Shown piece by piece: positions 36,884 to 47,094 of a DNA stretch of 64,000 nt. Numbering within the stretch: position 1 is the first letter of the stretch; each line of letters starts with the position of its first letter. Source of the DNA: Chloropicon primus (taxonomy: Eukaryota); contig CP060756.1 in assembly GCA_023205875.1 (NCBI GenBank), forward strand, positions 434,001-498,000, written 5' to 3'. The translations under genes were made by a program, and so were the position numbers. The notes beneath the pieces are model-generated. The model saw only the letters and a list, made by a program, of their open reading frames with translations, had not been told where the DNA came from and searched no databases.

Positions 36884-37639
36884 ATGCGTGTTCTTGTGGG
36901 TGTGAAGAGGGTGATCGATTATGCTGCCAAGATAAGGGTGAAGCCCGACGGGAGTGGCGTCGATAAAGCGAACGTGAAGATGAGTATGAACCCGTTTTGT
37001 GAGATAGCCGTGGAGGAGGCGGTGAGTCTCAAGGAGAAAGGTCTTGCCAAGGAGGTCGTGGCCGTTTCCATGGGGCCACAGGCGAGTCAGGACACGATTA
37101 GGACGGCTCTTGCTATGGGAGCGGATAGGGGAATTCATGTCGTGACGGACAAGGAGCTTCAGCCTTTGGCAGTGGCCAACATGTTCAAGTCCCTCGTGGA
37201 GAAGGAGGACCCGAAGATAGTTCTGCTTGGGAAGCAGGCTATCGACGACGACTGCAATCAGACGGGGCAGATTCTCGCTGCGAAATTAAATTGGTCTCAG
37301 GGAACCTTCGCCTCCAGCGTGGTGGTCGGGGACGACCAGGAGAAGGTGGTTGTCACCAGAGAGGTGGACGATGGCCTGGAGACCGTCTCGCTAAAGCTTC
37401 CTGCGGTGATCACGACAGACCTTCGCCTGAACGAGCCCCGTTACGCGACCCTTCCGAACATCATGAAGGCGAAGAAGAAGAAGATAGACAAGGTGACCCC
37501 GGAGGACTTGGGCGTTGACGTCACCCCCCAGATTGAGGTCCTGCACGTGAAGGAGCCCGAAGCGAGGAGCGGCGGTGTCGTCGTGGAGTCCGTGGACGAG
37601 CTGGTGGACAAGCTGAAGAACGAGGCGGGTGTCTTGTGA
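36884..37639 (+). CDS. ETFB: Electron transfer flavoprotein beta subunit
   Basis: [62 protein letters not shown]. Confidence 0.97.
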   Translation: MRVLVGVKRVIDYAAKIRVKPDGSGVDKANVKMSMNPFCEIAVEEAVSLKEKGLAKEVVAVSMGPQASQDTIRTALAMGADRGIHVVTDKELQPLAVANMFKSLVEKEDPKIVLLGKQAIDDDCNQTGQILAAKLNWSQGTFASSVVVGDDQEKVVVTREVDDGLETVSLKLPAVITTDLRLNEPRYATLPNIMKAKKKKIDKVTPEDLGVDVTPQIEVLHVKEPEARSGGVVVESVDELVDKLKNEAGVL

Positions 37640-37819
37640 GCAAAAGGCGGGTTCCCAAGAGCGGCGATATAAGGAGTGGGTGCGCGCCTATCTATCTATC
37701 TATCTATTTTTTCTCTTTTTTTTTTTGGTTGCGTGTGAAGGACGAAAGTTCTTTAGTTACAAATATCATCCGATGGACTCTCTCCAAAACAAACAAGCAA
37801 GCGGGGGAACGGGCTCCCT

Positions 37820-38970
37820 TCACTCGCTTCTCTTGGCGTAGCTCTTGAAGTTCGTCTCCCTGATGTCGATGCCAACCATGGGCTCTCCCAAGAAGGCGGA
37901 GACCTCCGCGAGCTTCTTTGGGTTGTTGTAGTGGGTGGTGGCCTCCACGATGGCCTTTGCCCTTCTGACGGGGTCCCCGCTCTTGAAGATGCCGCTTCCG
38001 ACGAAGACGCCGTCGACTCCGAGCTGCATCATGAGGGCGGCGTCGGCCGGGGTGGCGACTCCGCCGGCAGCGAAGTTCACGACTGGGAGCCTGCCCAACT
38101 CCTTGGTCTTGACGACGAGGTCGTGAGGGACTCTCATTTCCTTTGCGAGGACGAACAACTCGTCCTCGTCCATGGTCTTGATCCTCTTGATGGCTCCCTG
38201 CACCGCGCGGCAGTGCCTGACGGCCTCGACGACGTTTCCGGTGCCGGCCTCACCCTTGGTCCTGATCATGGCGGCTCCCTCGGCGACGCGCCTGAGGGCC
38301 TCCCCCAAGTCCCTGCAGCCGCAAACGAAGGGCACGCTGAACTTGTGCTTGTTGATGTGGTGGGTCTCGTCCGCAGGGGTCAGCACCTCGCTCTCGTCGA
38401 TGTAGTCCACTCCGATGGACTCGAGGATCTGGGCCTCCACGAAGTGTCCGATCCTGGCCTTGGCCATGACGGGGATGGTCACGGCCCCGCAGATCTCCTT
38501 GATCATCTCCGGGTCGCTCATGCGGGCCACGCCCCCGTCCTTGCGGATGTCCGCGGGGACCCTCTCGAGGGCCATCACGGCAACCGCGCCAGCCTCCTCT
38601 GCGATGCGAGCCTGCTCCGCGTTGATGACGTCCATGATCACACCGCCCTTGAGCATTTGGGCGAGTCCGACCTTTATGCCAATCACATCATTTGTTGTCG
38701 AGAGACGAGGCGAGGGGGAGGGTGTCAGCACAAAACTCTGTGTCGTCTTTTTTCTTTCTTTCTTTCTTTTTTTCCGTCGTGTTCGGAGCCGCTCTTCGTC
38801 GCATGCGGACGTGGCCCGAGCGGGAGCCACGAAATCGAGGCCCGACGTCGACGCAGGATCCCCGCCGAAGCCGACGCGGGGGCTGCGACGATGCACGGCA
38901 AGCCCAGCCACCCGCGGGATTACGCATTCCTCCCGAGGCACACGACATAAACGTGACGTGGACACAACAC

Positions 38971-39024
<54 letters not shown>

Positions 39025-39109
39025 GTGGGTGACTCCGCGTGTGGTGACGTACCTTGACAGCCATGGTTCCCTTCTCCATGGTTCCGTTCCCGTTCGCGTG
39101 GCCGTTCAT
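37820..39109 (-). CDS. PDX1: PLP synthase subunit PDX1; exons 39109-39053 and 38671-37820
   Basis: Spliced [44 protein letters not shown]. Confidence 0.95.
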
Positions 39110-39741
39110 GCTTCCTCCGTGGTTCTTGCGTTCTGTGTGTCTCTCGACTTTTTCTCTCGACTCGTCCGTGACGTCGTTTTTGGTTTCGTTTTGAGGCTGC
39201 CGCACCGCCGCTTGGATGGATCTCCTCTGCTGCTGCTGGACGGTTCGTTGGAGGTCCACCAGCCTCAACTCCATCTCACAAATTTGACTTTTGGGAAAGT
39301 TGCTCCTCGACTGGGACAGAGTAGAAGAGACACAGTTGAGGCACATTCCAGTTTTGGAAATGTTTGGTTTGGTTCACATTTGAAGTCTATCCACTAAGTT
39401 GAGGCCAGAGGAGGTGCAGACTTTTGGAATCCAGAGGGAAGGTTTTTGCTTTTGTGTCGCGTTGAAGAAGAAGAAGAGGAACGAGATCCGGGGAGGGACG
39501 ATCCCATCGCGGAAGGCATTCGTTGCCGCGCTCCCTTCTCCCCCCCCTCCCCCGGATCATCACCACATGAGAGAGAGAGAGAGAGAGAGGAAGTTTTCTC
39601 GATTGGAGTTTTTTTCTCAAAAGGAAAAGGTCAGGATGTCAGGACTCAAGAAGCCCGCCCGGTCCTCCTCCTCTCTCTCCCGCGAAGCGTACAAGTAACC
39701 AAGCGATACTTTACACACAACCTGGACAAAAAAGATTGCTT

Positions 39742-41628
39742 TTATGATAAGACACGATTTACAAGCTTGCCGCTGGCGAGGAGGCTAGCGATCGCGTCGT
39801 CGATGCCCCCCACTTCGGCCGCCTCCCGCCCCTCCGCCGCCTCGTCGACCCCAAACAGGACGGCCCCCTCCGAACCATCCCCGGATCCCTCGGAAAAGTA
39901 CGACGACGCGGTCCCACCCCCTGGGCCGAGGCCGTACACGTCCAACTTGTTGCACATTTGCTGCGCGAAGAGGATGCCCAAGATCTGGGGGGGCGGGTCG
40001 AGGAAACCCGAGGGGGGCTCCACGTCGTCGAAGAGGGATTCGACATCCCTCCCCTGCAGACCCCTCCTCCCCCCTCGCCTCTCGTCCTCCTCCAGTCCGA
40101 ACCGGAGGAACCTCTGCCGGAGCTCCGCGTACAAGAGCCTCGAGTTGGTCCGAAACGAGTGGGAGACCAGGAACGTCTTGGAGTGGGGGAAAGTCCTCCT
40201 CAGAAGGACGTAGAGGTCCTGGGACGCCTCCGAGGTGGCGAGGAGGACGTCGTCCTTGCTGACTTTGGGGACCTTCTTCCTCAGCTCGGGGTCCCTCACG
40301 AGGAGGGACCTCAGGAACTTGGTCTGAGAGAACCTGTAGGTCGTCCTCCCGCCGACGTGCTTCTCGAACCCGGTCGTGGGGGCGTTGTTGAACCGGAACA
40401 CGGCCTCGTGCCCGTCGATCTCCGAGCCGTGGTCCCTCGAGAGAAGCTCGTTCGAGTTGCACACCAAGGCACACGTCTTGTGCTTCTTGTGCTCCAGGTC
40501 GACCTGCGGGGAGACTTCCAGGAGGGACGGGGGGACCGTGTAAAGTATCGGCCGCCCCGCGAACACGTCCTCCTCCACGCACTCGTGGCCCTTGAAGTTC
40601 GCGTTCTTGTTCAACACGAGCGGAATTCCGTCGAAGTAGGCCCCCAGGCCCTCCAAGAGCTCCCCGCTGTGCTTCTCCAGCCTCTCCGCCCACGTCAGGG
40701 CGTACTCGTACAGGCCAAGCTTGGGCTCGGAGGACGTCCAGTGGTCCACGTCCCAAACGCCGACCGAGACGTTCTTGGGGCCGGGGCCCTGAGGCGGAGT
40801 CTTGCACGTGGCCTCGCTGTCCGAGACCCGCAACACGCCCTCGCAGGTGAGGTTCCCGATGGTGACCTGGAGGGGGACGTCCGCGGGACCGAAGTTCGAT
40901 CCGTGCACGGTGACTCGGGTCCCCCCCGAAGTTTGCCCCGATCCGGGCCGGACTCGGTCCACCACCGGGCCGTCGTAGCTGAACAGGGTGTTCGGCGGGC
41001 TCTCGATCTGGGTCTCTTTCCCCATTTTCGTGACCGACACGCTCTTGCCCTCCCCGGCCCCCGCGGGGGTCTCGCACGTGACCGTCTCATTGTCCACGGA
41101 CACCGTGGTGATGCAAGGGACGCCCCCCACGCTCGCAGAGATCTCCGTCTCGTCGTCCTCCCCGGTGTCCTGCCTTCCCAGGTTGTGGCCCTTGATCGTG
41201 ATGGTCGTCCGTCCCACCGCTGCGCCGTGGTACGGTTCGATGGTGAGTATGATCGGTTCCAGGCTCACGGCGGGCTCCCCCTCCTCGTCCCCCTCCTCGT
41301 CCCCCTCGTCGGCCTCTCCAGCCTCCAAGCCCTTCTCAGGGGTGGGGTCGTCGCTCTCCCCGTCGCGTCCTCCTCGTCGGCTGCCTGGGGCCTCCTCCCC
41401 GACCGGTCCGGCTGCTGCGTTGTCGCTCCGTGCATCATCGGTATCGGTGGCGGTGTGCCTCTCGATCGCGTGGTGGTGCTGATACCGCTTTTGCGTGGAG
41501 TCCAGGAGGAAGAATGTCACGAACAGGCTGCACGCGCAGGACAGTATGACAAGGACTCTCAGAACTCTCTTGGAGAGCAGGACGCTCAGCAACTTGTTGT
41601 TCTTCCTCCGACCACCAGGTGCCAGCAT
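39742..41628 (-). CDS. Type II membrane GT29 sialyltransferase-like protein with two IPT/TIG domains
   Basis: N-terminal transmembrane segment; two IPT-like units (P..G...GGTRVTVHGSNFG); sialylmotif L CALVCNSNELL...EIDGHEAVFRFNNAPT. Confidence 0.8.
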   Translation of the reverse strand: MLAPGGRRKNNKLLSVLLSKRVLRVLVILSCACSLFVTFFLLDSTQKRYQHHHAIERHTATDTDDARSDNAAAGPVGEEAPGSRRGGRDGESDDPTPEKGLEAGEADEGDEEGDEEGEPAVSLEPIILTIEPYHGAAVGRTTITIKGHNLGRQDTGEDDETEISASVGGVPCITTVSVDNETVTCETPAGAGEGKSVSVTKMGKETQIESPPNTLFSYDGPVVDRVRPGSGQTSGGTRVTVHGSNFGPADVPLQVTIGNLTCEGVLRVSDSEATCKTPPQGPGPKNVSVGVWDVDHWTSSEPKLGLYEYALTWAERLEKHSGELLEGLGAYFDGIPLVLNKNANFKGHECVEEDVFAGRPILYTVPPSLLEVSPQVDLEHKKHKTCALVCNSNELLSRDHGSEIDGHEAVFRFNNAPTTGFEKHVGGRTTYRFSQTKFLRSLLVRDPELRKKVPKVSKDDVLLATSEASQDLYVLLRRTFPHSKTFLVSHSFRTNSRLLYAELRQRFLRFGLEEDERRGGRRGLQGRDVESLFDDVEPPSGFLDPPPQILGILFAQQMCNKLDVYGLGPGGGTASSYFSEGSGDGSEGAVLFGVDEAAEGREAAEVGGIDDAIASLLASGKLVNRVLS

Positions 41629-42454
41629 CCTCTCTATTGGCTTTGTCTCAGGACAAAACGAGCGTGATAATTGTGGTGTTGGGTTCACTCTGTGGGCGGT
41701 CCTGCTCCGACGACCTCATCGCAGAAGCTCTGGTGCCGATGATCTAACGGCCGCTCTGACGTCGGGTGACTGGTATCCCTGGATCACTCCACTCACCTAA
41801 AGGCGAGGTGGGGGGTTTGGGGCGTGCGAGAGAGTCTCTTACCGTCCGCACCTCCAAGACGTCGCCTTGCACCCTCCCGTCCCCGTCACTCTCGTCCACC
41901 AGTCGAACAGGGGAAGCGCAAGACCTTGGCCCTTCGCTCGGTCTGGCTCGCACCGTCCTATCCAATCCTACCTCCTGGTGCAAGCAAAGGGAGCTCGTCA
42001 GCAAGTCTTCAAGAAGACGGGAACCCAATCCTTTGAGGCACGGCTCTTCCGAAAGATCGCAACGCGAGTCTCAACCCCGTGGTGCTCAACCACCTCCTCT
42101 TCCACCCCGTCTCGTGGGCCCACCTCACTCCTCTCCCGCTTTGGACACAGATCGCGAGATCTTTGAAAAACGAGAGAGCGTGTTCCGTTCGTCTTTCTCC
42201 AACTCCTGAACAACAAGACGGGAACCAAATCCATCGAGGCAGGGCTCTTCCGAAAGATCACGACACGAAGCTTCCTCCGTTGGTCCTCCCTCGGTCCTTA
42301 CCTTCTCGTGCCTTGCGCCATTCACGCGCGAACCCTTCCCTCTCTCTCCGTCTTGGCCCCAAAGCTTGAAGGAAGATATTTGTTGCCCGTTGCGTCACAT
42401 CGCGCTGTGTCACTGTCACTTCTGCGGAGGAGAGGACGGACGAGACGAGAGAGA

Positions 42455-43906
42455 ATGGCGCTGGAGACGACGGTGGGGAGGGGGAGGGCGATGAGGCATG
42501 CGGGGGTGGAGGCCGAGAGGGGATCCGTCGGCCTACGTTGTGCCCGGGCCGGACGAAGGAGGACGCCGCTTTTGAGGAGGGAGGGCCAATGGCAGACCAC
42601 CGTGGTCCGTGGTCATCTTCCTCGAGGTCAGAACGTTGGAGGGCGTAATGCGAGGCTTGGCTTGAAGGCAGCGGCGGATGGTGCTTCGATGTATCCCCCG
42701 ACATCCAAGCCGGAGGAGGGGGATGGCAAGATTGGGGAGACCGCGGCGGTGGCGAGTGTGATGAAAGCTGTCATGGGCGCGGGGTGCTTTGCCCTCCCTT
42801 GGGCCTTCGCCAACGGAGGGCTGGCTCTGACGACGTTCAGCCTGGCGGTGATGTGCCTGGTGTGTCTGAAGACGCTCGGCTACATGTTCAAGGCCAGAGA
42901 CGCCGCTCTGGACCTTGACGACGCGAAGAGCTTGAGCGATGTCGGGAACTACGTGGATATCTCGGAACTCACTTTGGGAGGGACGGGTGCCCTTGGCGTG
43001 AAGATTATCATGTGCCTCACGTGCTTCGGGGTGTGTAGCGCGTATCTTGTATTTCTAGCATCGACAATGGTGACCATAGCCGCGGGATACAACTGGCCCG
43101 TGGCCCTGCAGAACGAGAAGACGATGATTTACTTGGTGTCTCCCCTGATGATCGCTTTGGCGTACCTGAGGAGCATGTCCGCGGCCGGCCTCATCAGCAT
43201 CTTCGGGAACATCAGCGTCGTCGTCGGCATGACCTTCGTCCTCATCGATGCCTTGAAGAACCCCGTGGTGCTGTCCAGCCTTCCCATGGCGGTGCCCAGC
43301 CAGTTCTCGGCCTACGTGGGAAGCGTGGCGTTCCTCTTCCTGGTGCACTTTGCTCTGCCCGACATAGAAGCGAACATGACGGAGAGGAAGAACTTTTTGT
43401 CAGCTGCGGCGAAGGGGTACTGGCTGTGCGCCCTTATTTGCCTTGCGTTTGGGGGAATTGGGGCCCTGGGATACGGCCCGCAGGTCAAGTCAGTCGCCAT
43501 CGCGATGCTGGAGGGGGGCGTGGTCGCCGTCACGGTGAAGCTCTTGTTGTGCGCAAACGTCTTGGCCACCTTCCCTCTCATCGTTCGCTCGTCCTTCGCG
43601 ACGATCGAGAACGCCTTCGGAGGGATGTCCGTGGGACCGTCGAACATCATGAGGACTCTGTACGTCCTCGCCGCTGCTTTCTGCGCCGCTAGCATCCCAT
43701 CCTTTGGGAAGCTCGTGGGCCTCGTGGGAGGAGTCGCCTGCACCGCGCTCGGGTTCTCTGTCCCCATTCTCATGCTCTACTCGGTAAACAAGAAGAGTTT
43801 GGCTCAGTCCAAGAAGCCTGTCATGAGTGGGATGGACAGGGCTCTGTCGCCCTTGATCATGGTCTTTTCCATTATTGTCATGGCCTTCGTCGTCATTACC
43901 TCCTGA
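42455..43906 (+). CDS. Amino acid transporter (AAAP/Aa_trans family)
   Basis: KAVMGAGCFALPWAF; about 11 hydrophobic segments; PSFGKLVGLVGG. Confidence 0.88.
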   Translation: MALETTVGRGRAMRHAGVEAERGSVGLRCARAGRRRTPLLRREGQWQTTVVRGHLPRGQNVGGRNARLGLKAAADGASMYPPTSKPEEGDGKIGETAAVASVMKAVMGAGCFALPWAFANGGLALTTFSLAVMCLVCLKTLGYMFKARDAALDLDDAKSLSDVGNYVDISELTLGGTGALGVKIIMCLTCFGVCSAYLVFLASTMVTIAAGYNWPVALQNEKTMIYLVSPLMIALAYLRSMSAAGLISIFGNISVVVGMTFVLIDALKNPVVLSSLPMAVPSQFSAYVGSVAFLFLVHFALPDIEANMTERKNFLSAAAKGYWLCALICLAFGGIGALGYGPQVKSVAIAMLEGGVVAVTVKLLLCANVLATFPLIVRSSFATIENAFGGMSVGPSNIMRTLYVLAAAFCAASIPSFGKLVGLVGGVACTALGFSVPILMLYSVNKKSLAQSKKPVMSGMDRALSPLIMVFSIIVMAFVVITS

Positions 43907-44033
43907 GCTGCTCGAAGCGAAGGGCGTCGTGGGTGGTTCACCGGAAAAGGGCACCAAAGTAAACAAAAACATTATAATACACATAACTAATTTTGTGTAC
44001 GAAAGGAGCCCACTCCCCCGTCACCCCAAGCCC

Positions 44034-44627
44034 CTAGTACTGGTTTCTGCTGATCTCTTTCCAGTACCCCTCCTTTCCGTCCTTGCCCTCGACGTACTCC
44101 TCTTCCACGTCCTCGTAAGTCCAGCCCTTTGGCGCCCCGTGGTTCACGATTTCCACGAGCTCCGTCTCCACCTTCTCCACGAGGCCAGGGTCCATCTCCG
44201 GAAGCTTTCTGAAGTGCCGCGTCCTTGCGTCCCGCATCACCGGTGTCACCCCGTCCCTCCACTCCCCCTGCTGTGGGGCCTCCCCCTCCTCGTCCCTCAC
44301 GAGGACCACCTGGCCGACGTCCACCGTCTTCACCAAGTTCTCGTCATCCAGCGTCTTGAAGACCTCCGTGACGCACGGGAGGTTCCGGACGGAAGCCTGG
44401 AACGTCTTCTCCCCCAGAATGAACGCTCCCTCGCGGTCGGACTTGAACCTCATCTCCATCTTGTTCGGCACCTCGTGCTGATTCCTCAACATGCGTTTCA
44501 TATCTTCCGCGAGTTTGGGGTTCTGCACCCGCAAGAGGTAGGCCTCCTCCGTCGGAGCACCTGTCCTCGCCGCCTGAAGCTTCTTCGCCTCCGTCCCTTG
44601 CTTCTTCGCCTTCCCCTTGCCCGACAT
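44034..44627 (-). CDS. TAF7: TFIID subunit TAF7-like
   Basis: EEAYLLRV, LPCVTEVFKTLDDENLVKTVDVGQV, DGVTPVMRDARTRHFRK. Confidence 0.88.
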   Translation of the reverse strand: MSGKGKAKKQGTEAKKLQAARTGAPTEEAYLLRVQNPKLAEDMKRMLRNQHEVPNKMEMRFKSDREGAFILGEKTFQASVRNLPCVTEVFKTLDDENLVKTVDVGQVVLVRDEEGEAPQQGEWRDGVTPVMRDARTRHFRKLPEMDPGLVEKVETELVEIVNHGAPKGWTYEDVEEEYVEGKDGKEGYWKEISRNQY

Positions 44628-44855
44628 GGTGGCCCACCCCTCGGCTTTGGTCCCTCCCTCCCAAACCTTTTTGGGTTTTGGCAGATAGACGAGGATGGGA
44701 TGGAGGCCAACAGGGTGTGAAGAGGTTGGCTTTTGGGGGTGGATTAAAAAAACTTATTCGGATTTATGTTACACAGGTCCCCTGCAGAGCAGCTTGGACC
44801 ACCATTCCACCGCTCTCCCTCTGTCGTGCTTCAATACCACCGGCTGCTGGCGGTT

Positions 44856-45518
44856 TTAACCGATCTCGTTCTCGTTCCTGAGGTATTCCCCGATATCCGC
44901 CTGGTGGAGGACGACAATGCTGTGAGGGTCCAGCCTCCTGCAATCTTCTGTCGCTCTGGCACTGACCCCGAAGCCGAGGGGAACGTCAGCCATGGAGTAC
45001 ACCACGACACCAGCGTTCACAGGCGTACCTTCCGTGATCCTTGCCATACTGGACTTCAGGACGTTGTTCCCGTAAAGATAAGACATCTCGGCGGAGGACT
45101 TGAGCCACACCTGTTTGCCATTGAAGGGCTCGCGAGTCAGTCACCACCATCTTCAAGGGAAGACACGAATCGCGCGAGCGTCTGGGTGTGTGCGTGTGTG
45201 TGAGAGAAAGGAACACGACCAACTCACCTTGTTCTTGGCGTGCTCGGCGATGAGGTTGAGGGAGGTAATGGTGAGTCGAAACTTTCCAGAGTGCGTGAAT
45301 TTCCCTATCTGAGTCCCCAGAGACACGAGCTTGTCCCTCGCAATGTTCGTCGACTTCCTCATGATACTCTCCCTAATGTAAAACACCTTGTTCTTCTGCA
45401 ACCTGAAGCAGTAGCTGTCCTTCTCCTTCTTTCGCAGGAACGCTTCGACGTCCTTCCCGACGAACTTGAAGAGCTTCTCGAACACGGCCGTGGCCTCCTT
45501 CGCCGTCAAGGGCCTCAT
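44856..45518 (-). CDS. NIP7: 60S biogenesis factor NIP7; intron 45227-45111
   Basis: MRPLT...[46 protein letters not shown]. Confidence 0.95.
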
Positions 45519-45636
45519 TTCAATCTCGCTTCACTCCCTCCTCTTGTCAACGCAACCACGGCACGCGCTCCTCTCCCCCCCCTCTCTCTCTGGCCGCCGT
45601 CGTCTCCTCTTCCCCCTCTGGCCGAATCGGGGAGGG

Positions 45637-45955
45637 CATCGAGGCTGGTTGACAAGCGCTCTCCTCTCTCCTCCAAACTTCTCTCGTGCGTTTCCACCAA
45701 GTTTCACTCACACCGCCATCAAGAGAAAGCGTTTGATGGATGGATGGATAGTTTGTTCGTTTGGTTCGTTGATGCAGAGGTTGGCTGGGGTTCGACATCG
45801 AGGCTATTGGCGTCAAAGCATCTCTCGTGCGTTTCCACCAAGTTTCACACCGCCATCAAGAGAAAGCAAGTGATTGATTGGTTGATTGGTTGTTCGAGCC
45901 TTTGTTCGATTGTTGTTCGATTGTTTGTTCGTTTGGTTGGTTGATGCAGAGGTTG
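45637..45955 (+). repeat. Imperfect tandem duplication (~150-160 bp units) between NIP7 and the methyltransferase
   Basis: TCTCTCGTGCGTTTCCACCAAGTTTCAC, CACCGCCATCAAGAGAAAGC and GTTGATGCAGAGGTTG each occur twice in the same order. Confidence 0.85.
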
Positions 45956-46054
45956 AGACTGCGGTCAGGTCGGTTACTTTTGGCCGAGGAGTTGCGGAGG
46001 AGGTCATCGAGGCCGATTCAGGGCAAGCATCATCTGTGTTGCGTTTCGAGCGAT

Positions 46055-46675
46055 ATGCCAGAAGTGAACTGGGAAAAGAGGTGGAAGACAAAGGAGACGC
46101 AGTGGGACTTGGGAGGGGTCACACCCGTCCTCACCAAGGAGGTGGACGGCTACGTCAAGCGGGGGAGGGAGGTAGGCGATGCCCTCGTTCCCGGGTGCGG
46201 CGCGGCGTACGACGTTGCCTTCCTCGCAGAGCGAAGCAGGACGGTGACTGCGATAGACCTGGCGCCAAGCGCGGTGAAGCTTGCGAGAGAAATGTGCAGA
46301 ACGAGGAAAAACGCCAACATCGTGCTTGGGAACTTCTTCGAGCACGACTTCGGCAAGAAGTTCGATTTCGTTTTCGACTACACATTCTTTTGCGCCATCC
46401 AGCCCGAGCTCAGGCCGGCGTGGGGCTCCAAGGTATCGAGCCTCCTCAGCCCGGGAGGCAGGCTCCTGACTCTGGTCTTTCCCATCGACGAGGACAACGC
46501 GTTCAACCCTGATGCCAATGGCCCGCCGTTTCCCGTCTCCGTAGCTGCCTACGAGAAGGTCCTCTCGCCCCACGGCCTTGTCCGTGTCAGCACGGAGAGG
46601 TCCGAAGCTTCGGTGTCTCCTCGGAGAGATCGAGAGCTCGTCGTTTGGTGGGAAAAACAGAAGCAGAACTTGTGA
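46055..46675 (+). CDS. TPMT-family thiol/halide methyltransferase (HOL-like)
   Basis: WEKRW...WDLGGVTP, ALVPGCGAAYD, FDFVFDYTFFCAIQP, GPPF. Confidence 0.9.
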   Translation: MPEVNWEKRWKTKETQWDLGGVTPVLTKEVDGYVKRGREVGDALVPGCGAAYDVAFLAERSRTVTAIDLAPSAVKLAREMCRTRKNANIVLGNFFEHDFGKKFDFVFDYTFFCAIQPELRPAWGSKVSSLLSPGGRLLTLVFPIDEDNAFNPDANGPPFPVSVAAYEKVLSPHGLVRVSTERSEASVSPRRDRELVVWWEKQKQNL

Positions 46676-46938
46676 TCCAACCCACCGAGGGGGAAGGGCA
46701 CTGCCTTCAGACGCTCTGCAGCATTGTGCCTTTATTGTAATCTATCACTCTTGCTTCTCATGATCCACTCACCCAAATCAAACAGCTTGTTATGGTGTTC
46801 AGACATCAGATCAAAACAGCACACAGAAAAGTCACGAAAGGACGGTAGGGAAATCACAGTCAATACTGGAAGCACAAAGGCAAGTTCTCCTTTCCACTGA
46901 AAGAGAGAAACACGGAGAGACGAAGACCGGCCACAACT

Positions 46939-47084
46939 TACCTGTTAGTTTTCTGCAAAGGTCGTTTCACCGAGTTTGTAAGTTTCTCGGCAGGGTAATT
47001 CGGCCCTACCACGACCATTCCACCGTACATGAACGAATACTTCCGCCCACGCACGGCAGCCCGTACTAACAAACGTATGTGCAA
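46939..47084 (-). ncRNA. Putative Fanzor omegaRNA scaffold / element 3' end
   Basis: Starts 10 nt after the Fanzor stop codon. Nested stems UUGUUAGU/ACUAACAG, GUACGG/CCGUGC, GGUCGU/ACGACC, AGGG/CCCU, CCGAG/CUCGG. Conserved in a second copy. Confidence 0.75.
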
Positions 47085-47094
47085 CCCTGAGGAG

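Noticed and set aside
38672..39052. TPP riboswitch in the PDX1 intron
   Set aside because: The CUGAGA and CCUGAU...AUGC core motifs were not found.
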